A stretch of 64,000 nucleotides of DNA, taken from the NCBI GenBank assembly GCA_033763775.1, contig JANRJW010000004.1:8755-72754 (forward strand), written 5' to 3'. Position 1 is the stretch's first letter, and every line of letters starts with the position of its first letter. Made by a program: the position numbers and the translations under genes. The DNA is from Alphaproteobacteria bacterium. GTDB taxonomy: Bacteria; Pseudomonadota; Alphaproteobacteria; Rickettsiales; SXRF01. Below the pieces are notes generated by a model that searched no databases, was not told the DNA's origin, and saw nothing but the letters and a program-made list of their open reading frames with translations. Shown here piece by piece: positions 46,783 to 54,465 of this stretch.

Positions 46783-47241
46783 ATGACCAGCAGGCAGAAA
46801 TATCAGGCCTACGCCTCAGCCACGCAGACGGTGGCGCGCACTAAGCAGATTGTCATGCTGTATGATGCCGCCATTCGCTATCTCCAGCAGGTCAAAGAGG
46901 CGATTGCGGAAAAACGCATTGAAGATCGCTATCATCTGCTCATTAAAGCAAGCGAGATTATCTTTGGTTTGCAGTCCTGCCTTGATTTTGAAAATGGCCG
47001 CGATATTGCGAAGATTCTCTACCAGTTCTATTCTTCCATCGACAGCCGCATTTTTGCTATCCATCGTTCGGCCAGCCTTGAGGGCTGCGATGAAATCATT
47101 GCCGAATTAAAGCAGATGCGCGATGTCTGGCACGATATCGATCAGGGCACATTGCCTGCCAGTGAACCGGCGGCTGCGCCGGCCACCACCACAGCGCCTA
47201 TTGCTCCTGCGGCAGAAGGTTCTGTCAGTTTCTCTGCCTGA
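46783..47241 (+). CDS. fliS: flagellin-specific chaperone FliS
   Basis: 152 aa. QIVMLYDAAIRYL...ASEIIFGLQSCLDFENG..IAKILYQFYSSI pattern. Pro/Ala-rich C-terminal tail. Confidence 0.9.
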   Translation: MTSRQKYQAYASATQTVARTKQIVMLYDAAIRYLQQVKEAIAEKRIEDRYHLLIKASEIIFGLQSCLDFENGRDIAKILYQFYSSIDSRIFAIHRSASLEGCDEIIAELKQMRDVWHDIDQGTLPASEPAAAPATTTAPIAPAAEGSVSFSA

Positions 47242-47290
47242 TACCTGTTTTTCCTGATATTTTTGCTGTTTGTACAAATATTGCTGCTGG

Positions 47291-47306
47291 TGGCACGGCG
47301 ATTGCA
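47291..47306 (+). promoter_or_regulatory. sigma-54 promoter upstream of fliK-flgD-flgE
   Basis: tggcacggcgattgca is a full match to TGGCACG-N4-TTGCA, 46 nt before the fliK ATG. Confidence 0.85.
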
Positions 47307-47351
47307 TTGCAATGAAGTCAGTAGACTCATTTCAAAGTATCAGGAGCCATT

Positions 47352-49193
47352 ATGGCAAATGTTTCCGTTTCCCTTCTTAAGCTGGCGCAGCCGGCATCTT
47401 CTGCAACTGGCGATGCTCGCGTGGAATCTGCCCAGGATTTCAGCCTGCTGCTGGCAAGCGGGCAGGGCGCGGGCGATCAGGGTCTCAAAAAACGCAGGCC
47501 AGATGAGCTGCAGGGTAATTTGTTCGCGCAGCCAATGCTTCTCCCGGATGTGATGCCCCAGCGGGTAAGCCCGGCGCGGGGTTCGGTCGAAGCGAGCCCT
47601 GAGCCGGACATGGATAACATTCAGCCGCAGACGGCGACACCGCAAATGCCTGAACGCCGCTTAGCATCGCGCCGAGCTGCAAGCGAATCGCGCGAAGATG
47701 CTAGCGAGACCACCGCACCGCAAAAACCAGCAGCGCCGCGTGCGGCTGATTCAGATGCAAAACAACCTGTCTCGCAAGAGCGCGATGCTGCGGAGGTTAG
47801 CGAATTTTCTTCTGCTGAGTCGCCGGCGATATCGACCGCGACGAACCCGGCAGAGACAGAGCCGTCAAAGGAAGTTTCCAAGCTGGCGGATGAGATGCAA
47901 AAGCAGCTTGCCGCCATGCTTGCGTCGGGTAATTTTGCCGGGCTTTTATCGCTGCTGCGCGAATTTGTAGCGCAACTGCAGTCGCTTGCGCAGGGGCAGC
48001 CGGGTGCTGCTGCGGTGCAGCTGGGGGGTGGCACATTTCAGGCCGAGGCGCAGTCAGCTGGCGCAGCGCCAATGAATGGTCAGGCTTTCCTGCTGCAACT
48101 TTCCGCGCAGCTTCAGGGATTGGTGCCGCAGAATGCATCATCGCTAACGCTGCCGCCTGAAGGAAGTTTCAGCCAGTCGCAGCTGGCCATGCTGACGCGT
48201 CAGCTTCAAGCGGCAATTGCCTCGTGGCAATCATCACGACAATCGCCAGGTGCTCAGTCTAGCAATCCGACCGATACGTCATCCCTGGCACAGACGCTTC
48301 AAACCCTGCGCGCTGCGCTGGCTTCTGCGATGAATGATAGTGTCGCCAGTTTTCAGGCGGCAGAAGTCGCAACACCGGCAGCAACCACACCCATTCCCGC
48401 CGCTTCTGCTGAAACCGCGGTGCTACGTCCTCAGGATAGACCCGTAACGGCCTCGGAGCCATCAACAGCGCTTTCTTCAGTAGCTGGAGAAGCCGATAGA
48501 TCGGTTGCGCCGGTGCTATCATCACCCGCGCAGGCGCCATCTTCATCACAGACGGCTGTTCAAAATCCCTCACAGGCTGAGACGCTACTTGCTTCGCAAG
48601 CCGTGGTGGCATCCGGGCAGGCATCATTATCAGATGGTGAAGGAAGCGGCTCAGAAGGACGATCATCGCAAGCGCCGCTTCAGGCCATAGGCCAGCCCTC
48701 AACCGCACCCGCAGATGCATCGCATGGGCGTGTACATACAGCGGCATTTTCTCGCCTGTTGCAACCGCAGCCCAGCCAGCCAGTTGCTGATCAGGTCGCG
48801 GTGCAGATTAAAACGGCACTGCGTGATGGCAGCAGCAGCATTACGATTCAGCTGGATCCAGTGGAGCTGGGCAAGCTGGATATCAAGCTGCATGTGGCCT
48901 CAGATGGCCGCACGCAAGTGGTGATAACCGCGGATAATAAAGACACGCTGGCATTGCTGCAGAAAGATAGTGGCGGGCTGGAGCGTGCTCTGTCTGATGC
49001 GGGGCTGAAGGCAGATAGTGGCAGCCTGAGTTTTAATCTGCGTCAGGGTCATAGCCAGCAGGAATCTGACCACCAATATGCCAGAGAGAGCTACCTCAAA
49101 ACCATGCCGGACGAGGAGGAAGTGCCGCCGGCGAGCGTGATTGCGCGAAACTACATGGTCAGCCTCACTGAAGGCATTGACATTAAAATTTAA
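47352..49193 (+). CDS. fliK: flagellar hook-length control protein FliK
   Basis: 613 aa. Long Pro/Ala/Ser/Gln-rich ruler and C-terminal Flg_hook domain (ITIQLDPVELGKLDIKLHVASDGRTQVVITADNKDTLALLQKDSGGLERAL). Confidence 0.88.
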   Translation: MANVSVSLLKLAQPASSATGDARVESAQDFSLLLASGQGAGDQGLKKRRPDELQGNLFAQPMLLPDVMPQRVSPARGSVEASPEPDMDNIQPQTATPQMPERRLASRRAASESREDASETTAPQKPAAPRAADSDAKQPVSQERDAAEVSEFSSAESPAISTATNPAETEPSKEVSKLADEMQKQLAAMLASGNFAGLLSLLREFVAQLQSLAQGQPGAAAVQLGGGTFQAEAQSAGAAPMNGQAFLLQLSAQLQGLVPQNASSLTLPPEGSFSQSQLAMLTRQLQAAIASWQSSRQSPGAQSSNPTDTSSLAQTLQTLRAALASAMNDSVASFQAAEVATPAATTPIPAASAETAVLRPQDRPVTASEPSTALSSVAGEADRSVAPVLSSPAQAPSSSQTAVQNPSQAETLLASQAVVASGQASLSDGEGSGSEGRSSQAPLQAIGQPSTAPADASHGRVHTAAFSRLLQPQPSQPVADQVAVQIKTALRDGSSSITIQLDPVELGKLDIKLHVASDGRTQVVITADNKDTLALLQKDSGGLERALSDAGLKADSGSLSFNLRQGHSQQESDHQYARESYLKTMPDEEEVPPASVIARNYMVSLTEGIDIKI

Positions 49194-49205
49194 CCGGAGA
49201 TTGGT

Positions 49206-50129
49206 ATGATCAATACGAACGCAGTTTCAAATTCGGTAGGTGGCGGCAAATCTCGCGAATCGCTGGGCAAGATTGACGAAAACTATCAGAATTTTCTAAC
49301 CCTGCTGACAACACAGCTCAAAAATCAGGATCCATCCGATCCCACCGATACCAATCAGTTGACGCAGCAGATTGCAACCCTCTCGCAGGTGGAGCAACAG
49401 CTTAAGACCAACGAAAATCTTGAAAAGCTGGTGGGGATGTACAGTGCCACACAATATAACAGCGTGGTGTCCTATATCGGTAAAAAAATTGAAGCCGAGG
49501 GCGATGCAGGCGCACTTAAAAATGGTACGGCAAGTTTTTCCTACAATCTTTCCAGCGCAGCGAATGATGTCAAAATTATCATTCGTGACAAGGACGGCAA
49601 TCTTGTTCGAACCGATAACTTGAGCGGTATTCGTAATGGCGGTGGCCATCGCTATAACTGGGATGGCAAGGATAATCAGGGCAACGTCGCAGGTGAGGGC
49701 GAGTATACGCTCACGGTTGAGGCGCGTCTCGGCAATAGCACCATATCGGCCACGGGCAACGCAGCTGAGCTGCGCCATACCAAGCCAGAATTTGTTTACT
49801 ATCTTGCGCAGGATGCCGCGTCGCTTACCATTACCATCAAGGATAAGAATGGTGGCATTATTCGTCGCGACACCGCAGGTGGCACAAAAATTGCTGGCCG
49901 TAACAGCTATGTATGGGACGGTAAAGATAACAACGGAAATACGATGCCTGAAGGTGAATACAAAATCGAAGTAGCGGCGAAGGACAATGCGAACAAGGAT
50001 ATTGTCGCAAAGACTTTCATGACCGGTGTGGTGACATCGATCGATAGCGTGAATGGTTCTGCATTCCTTTCGATTGGTGACATCGCGATTCCGCTGGAGC
50101 GGGTGACTTCCATCCGCTTGGCAAGCTAA
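49206..50129 (+). CDS. flgD: flagellar hook assembly (cap) protein FlgD with duplicated Ig-like domain
   Basis: 307 aa. NYQNFLTLLTTQLKNQDPSDP N-terminus. Two tandem units each ending in xWDGKDNxGNxxxEGEYxxxVxA. Confidence 0.92.
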   Translation: MINTNAVSNSVGGGKSRESLGKIDENYQNFLTLLTTQLKNQDPSDPTDTNQLTQQIATLSQVEQQLKTNENLEKLVGMYSATQYNSVVSYIGKKIEAEGDAGALKNGTASFSYNLSSAANDVKIIIRDKDGNLVRTDNLSGIRNGGGHRYNWDGKDNQGNVAGEGEYTLTVEARLGNSTISATGNAAELRHTKPEFVYYLAQDAASLTITIKDKNGGIIRRDTAGGTKIAGRNSYVWDGKDNNGNTMPEGEYKIEVAAKDNANKDIVAKTFMTGVVTSIDSVNGSAFLSIGDIAIPLERVTSIRLAS

Positions 50130-50156
50130 CAGGATTTATAACACAGGAGTTTTTTT

Positions 50157-53100
50157 ATGAGTTTGTACGGTTCGCTTTTCTCTGGTGTGTCGGGACTGCG
50201 CTCGCAGAGTAACAAAATCGGCATCATCTCGGACAACATCTCCAACGTGAATACGGTGGGTTACAAAGCAGGTTCTGGCTTGTTTCAGAGTCTGGTGACC
50301 ACCGCTTCTGTTTCATCGACCTTCTCTCCGGGCGGTGTACTTGGCGGAAATCGCCAGCTGGTTAGCAAGCAGGGGCTTTTGCAGTCCACCGATTCACCCA
50401 CTGATATTGCGATTTCCGGTGGTGGCTTTTTTGTAGTGAATCAGGCGGCGGATCAGAGTGGCCGTACGTTCTACACACGTGCTGGTTCCTTCCGTCAGGA
50501 TTCCACCGGCAACTTCCGCAATGCTGCGGGGTTTTTCCTGCAGGCATGGCCGCTGGATCGCGAGGGGCGTCTGCCGGGTGAGCCAGGCAATACTAATACT
50601 ACTTCCAGCGCCAACCTTACCAGTCTTCGTACGGTTAACGTGCAGAACTTAACGGGCGTTGCGGCAGCAACGACCAATGTTTCAGTGGGTGCGAATCTGC
50701 GCGCTTCGCAAACTGTATTCCCAGGTGCTTCGGCAACCGCCAGCATGGATGCGCTGCATACGGTGAACTTTAACATCCGCGCGAAAGACATCATTACGCC
50801 GGATAACAGTTCGCCATTTGTTAACCGCATTCAGCGCGGCGATAAATTCTCTGTCAGCACCGGGGCGGGGCTCAGCTATACCTATCGCTATGGCGGCTTT
50901 ACGTTTGGCCGCGATGTCAGCAATGCTAACAGCGGCGATAATGGCCTGAACCTTCTGGCTGGTAACACGACCATTTCTGGCTCTGATACGCTATTGGCAA
51001 CCCCGTTTACTGTACCTAACAATAGCAACGTCGTCACCGTGACGATGGCTAATCATGGCCTTCTTACTGGTGATTCCGTTACCCTTGCTGGCAACACCTC
51101 CCCGGCGGGCGATCTTGGCACGATTCCAGGGACTCAGCTGAACGGTTCATTCATTATCACCAGAGTCGATGATGATACATTTACTATCCGTACAGTTGCT
51201 TCTAACACCTCTGGTGGTGCTGTTACGGGGGGTGCAACAGGTATCACTGCAAGCCCAAGAACTTTCAGTATCAGTGGTGAAGGCAGCAACGTAGTTCGTG
51301 TGCGTCAGCGCGATCATGGCCTGGCGACGGGTGCGGTGGTAACGCTCTCTGGCAACACGGATAGTTTTGCGGGTATTCCCTCTTCGGAACTCAATGGCAA
51401 TTTTGTGGTCACCGTGATTGATGCGGATCACTACACCATCAATACCGTCAACTCTGCCACTGCAACCACACTCGGCGCAACGCCGTTCAGCACCACGAAC
51501 GGTAGCCGGGACGTTGTGATTACTTCAACTGGCCACAACTACACGGTGGGTGATTCGGTAACTCTTTCCGGCAACACGGATACGACCAACTTCACGAGTG
51601 CCAACGATATCAATGGCACGTTTGTGGTGGTGGCTGCCACGGCCAATACTTTTACGGTTCGACTGACTAACCCGGCGATTGCTACCTCTGCGACGGCGGG
51701 TGCTGGCACCATCAAGGTGATTGAGCAGGCAGGCGGATCAGGTACGCTTATTTCCAATACCCGGCCGTTTGTTGGTAACGTGCTCGATGCCACCAGTCCG
51801 ACCCAACCGTTCCTCGGCACGACGGGCACCGCTGGCTATACACCATCCGGCCTCACCTTTACCATCACCACGGTCACCACGGGCACGGTAACCTTTACCT
51901 ACACCTCGGCCTCACCAAACCCTCAGCTTGGCCAGTTCAATAACCTGAACAACCTCGCTTCGGCGATCAGTTCAGTCAACGGCCTGTCAGCCCGCGTGGT
52001 GGATAACCGTCTTTATGTCAGCGCCACCAATGCTAACGAAGCGATCACCTTCTCTAACGGTTCCACGATCGGCACCTCCGGGCCACCAGTGCAAGCCGGT
52101 ATTGACTGGGTGCGTGAGCTGGGGCTTGATAGCCTCTCAGTAGGCACCGATCGTTTCAGCACCTTGGAAGGTCTTGCGGCACTCATCAATAACTCTGCAG
52201 GCGTCAGCGCAACGATTGAAAACCCAACATCTAACGCATCGCTGCGCATCAATGTGGATGATCCGCTGGATACCATCACCTTTGCCGACAGACCGGTGCC
52301 AACGGGCGGCTTTTCCGCCGCAGCCTTCGGCACGAATCCGCTGGCAACCACGGCCAATAGTCGCATCGTGACCATTACTACACTGGCGGCGCATGGTCTG
52401 ACCACGGGGGATATTATCACTCCGTCGGGCATTCCTGCTGGTACTTACAATGGTATCCCCGACACTGCGATCAACGGAAGTGCGTTTGAAGTGACCGTTA
52501 CTGGTCCCAACACCTACACCATCCGGTTGCCAGCTCAGTATTCCGCGACTGCTACGGGATCCTTTGGTGGTAGTGGTAACCTGACCACGACATCGCCCAC
52601 CAATGCCGGCAGTATTCTCGCTGAGCTTGGACTGGTGAACTCGCTGGCAGGTGCTTCCTTCACAGCGCAGACCACGGGTGCCATCGGCCCGGCCTATGAC
52701 CCGACCAACCCGCTGAAGAATATGGCATCTGGCGCTATTCCCGCGCAGTTCAGCCGTCCTATCCGCGTGTTTGATTCACTCGGTACCGGCCACGATCTCA
52801 GTGTGAACTTCATTAAGATTGGGGTGAATAACTGGGCGGTGGAAGTGTTTGCGCTTCCGGCGAGTGACGTGACCACGGCGCTGCCTAACGGCCTTTTGAC
52901 CTATGGTACCGTCACTTTCAACGGCGATAGCAGTCTTCGCAGTGTCAGCTCGCTGCTTGCTGATCCGGTGAATGCGACATGGACGAACGGCGCTGCTGCC
53001 AGCACCATTAACTTCAACTGGGGCACGGCAGGTCAGCCATTTGGCACCCCCGGTGCGGCAACGGTTGGCCTGACTGATGGTCTCAGCCAGTTTGACAGCG

Positions 53101-53498
53101 CGTACCGTGTGAGCTTTGTCAATCAGAACGGTGCGCCGGTGGGTGAGCTTTCCAGTGTGGCCATTGATGAAAATGGCTTCATTGTGGCGAGCTACAGCAA
53201 CGGTGAAACGCAGCGGCTCTTTAAAATCCCGCTGGCTGATTTTGCTAACCCCGACCAGCTTCAGACCCTGTCTGGCAACGTCTTTGCCGAAACGTCTGAT
53301 TCCGGCGAGGTGAACCTGGCGCAGGCTGGCTCCAGCGGTGTGGGTGAGATCGCCGCTTCAACACTGGAAGCCTCCAACGTGGAGCTTGCCGACCAGCTGA
53401 CGGATATGATTGTTGCGCAGCGCGCCTATCAGGCGAATACGCGTGTGATCACCACCTCCGACCAGCTGCTTGAGGAGCTCAACCGGATTCTACAGTAA
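50157..53498 (+). CDS. flgE: flagellar hook protein FlgE, giant form (1113 aa)
   Basis: N-terminus MSLYGSLFSGVSGLRSQSNKIGIISDNISNVNTVGYK and C-terminus EASNVELADQLTDMIVAQRAYQANTRVITTSDQLLEEL are canonical. The middle contains four copies of a shared module plus IN-like motifs. Confidence 0.95.
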   Translation: MSLYGSLFSGVSGLRSQSNKIGIISDNISNVNTVGYKAGSGLFQSLVTTASVSSTFSPGGVLGGNRQLVSKQGLLQSTDSPTDIAISGGGFFVVNQAADQSGRTFYTRAGSFRQDSTGNFRNAAGFFLQAWPLDREGRLPGEPGNTNTTSSANLTSLRTVNVQNLTGVAAATTNVSVGANLRASQTVFPGASATASMDALHTVNFNIRAKDIITPDNSSPFVNRIQRGDKFSVSTGAGLSYTYRYGGFTFGRDVSNANSGDNGLNLLAGNTTISGSDTLLATPFTVPNNSNVVTVTMANHGLLTGDSVTLAGNTSPAGDLGTIPGTQLNGSFIITRVDDDTFTIRTVASNTSGGAVTGGATGITASPRTFSISGEGSNVVRVRQRDHGLATGAVVTLSGNTDSFAGIPSSELNGNFVVTVIDADHYTINTVNSATATTLGATPFSTTNGSRDVVITSTGHNYTVGDSVTLSGNTDTTNFTSANDINGTFVVVAATANTFTVRLTNPAIATSATAGAGTIKVIEQAGGSGTLISNTRPFVGNVLDATSPTQPFLGTTGTAGYTPSGLTFTITTVTTGTVTFTYTSASPNPQLGQFNNLNNLASAISSVNGLSARVVDNRLYVSATNANEAITFSNGSTIGTSGPPVQAGIDWVRELGLDSLSVGTDRFSTLEGLAALINNSAGVSATIENPTSNASLRINVDDPLDTITFADRPVPTGGFSAAAFGTNPLATTANSRIVTITTLAAHGLTTGDIITPSGIPAGTYNGIPDTAINGSAFEVTVTGPNTYTIRLPAQYSATATGSFGGSGNLTTTSPTNAGSILAELGLVNSLAGASFTAQTTGAIGPAYDPTNPLKNMASGAIPAQFSRPIRVFDSLGTGHDLSVNFIKIGVNNWAVEVFALPASDVTTALPNGLLTYGTVTFNGDSSLRSVSSLLADPVNATWTNGAAASTINFNWGTAGQPFGTPGAATVGLTDGLSQFDSAYRVSFVNQNGAPVGELSSVAIDENGFIVASYSNGETQRLFKIPLADFANPDQLQTLSGNVFAETSDSGEVNLAQAGSSGVGEIAASTLEASNVELADQLTDMIVAQRAYQANTRVITTSDQLLEELNRILQ

Positions 53499-53516
53499 GC
53501 GTTCTTAAGATCTGGA

Positions 53517-53550
53517 GAAACGCCCTGCCATCAGGCAGGGCGTTTCTTTT
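53517..53550 (+). terminator. rho-independent terminator after flgE
   Basis: gaaacgccctgcc-atca-ggcagggcgtttc is a perfect 13-bp stem followed by tttt. Confidence 0.9.
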
Positions 53551-53703
53551 GCTATGATATAAGAAATGTAAAAAAAAGCAGATTTTTCTGTGTGTTTTGT
53601 GTGTGTTTCAGATTGACAAGCAGGCTTAAATTTTCTACCACTTACAGTAAGTTGGGATTTGTTTGTGTTAACTAAGTGGTTAATGCAGTTAACGTTTCAG
53701 GAC

Positions 53704-54027
53704 ATGGCCATGAAAAAAATCAATCTTCCACTCAGCAAGCTGAACATTACGGGAGCAAAAAAACCTTCCGAGGGGGATCCGGAAATCACCAACATGATGC
53801 TGGATGCGCGCTATCTGCGCCAGTCCTCTTCGCTCATTCAGGAAGCGCTGCAGAAGGGGTTTGATGTTCTCCAGCTGGCCAACGGCGATATTGTAACCAC
53901 CGGCACGAAAACGGTTGTGTACCAGTATAGCTGGGATGAGGAGAAGGGGAAGCTGGTGAAGGCTCGCCCCAGCAAATCGCGCCGTAGTGAAGATGAAGAA
54001 GACGAGCTCGAAGTCTCCGATAACTGA
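53704..54027 (+). CDS. hypothetical small acidic-tailed protein
   Basis: ATG at 53704 (MAMKKINL) preferred over the TTG track start. C-terminal SRRSEDEEDELEVSDN. No family recognised. Confidence 0.45.
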   Translation: MAMKKINLPLSKLNITGAKKPSEGDPEITNMMLDARYLRQSSSLIQEALQKGFDVLQLANGDIVTTGTKTVVYQYSWDEEKGKLVKARPSKSRRSEDEEDELEVSDN

Positions 54028-54034
54028 TCGCGGA

Positions 54035-54298
54035 TCAGTGAATTTTTAGCTCACCTTTGCAATAGACCAGGCTTGCCGGCCGTATCAGCTCGCAGCTTGC
54101 TACTTTCACCGAGTGTAGCTTGCCTTCGAGTTCTTTTTCCCAAAAGCCAAGAAATCTGCTGAGCACAGGGAAGCGCGGCGCAATATCAAGATCCTGCCAG
54201 ACATAGCTTTGCAACAGGCGTGGGTGATCGGGCAGGTGGTAGAGAATTTCCGCCGTCGTCAGGCGGTAATCAGCAAGTTGCTGGTACAAGTTTACCAT
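54035..54298 (-). CDS. usg: Usg family protein
   Basis: 87 aa. LTTAEILYHLPDHPRLLQSYVWQDLDIAPRFPVLSRFLGFWEKELEGKLHSVKVA is a close match to the alphaproteobacterial Usg pattern. Confidence 0.85.
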   Translation of the reverse strand: MVNLYQQLADYRLTTAEILYHLPDHPRLLQSYVWQDLDIAPRFPVLSRFLGFWEKELEGKLHSVKVASCELIRPASLVYCKGELKIH

Positions 54299-54465
54299 AG
54301 TGCAGCCTCATTACACAGGTTTAACTTAATCCTATTGTACAAAATAAAACGGCTTATTTCCATGGCAGCGCCGTCAAAATATTCCAAAAAACTGTCATAA
54401 AATTACTGAGATTTTTATCGATACTATGCTATAATATTTCCCTGTTTCATTTGCAGGGGATGCGA

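Noticed and set aside
53589-53608. TG-rich microsatellite-like run (tgtgtgttttgtgtgtgttt) downstream of the flgE terminator.
   Set aside because: It is short, imperfect and intergenic with no adjacent start codon, so there is no basis for a functional or phase-variation claim.
54299-54465. TATAAT-like sequence (gctataat) and hairpin ccctg-tttcatttg-caggg in the usg / ligase-like spacer.
   Set aside because: The TATAAT is on the plus strand with no downstream plus-strand gene. The hairpin lacks a U-tract on the relevant (minus) strand. Neither supports a promoter or terminator call.
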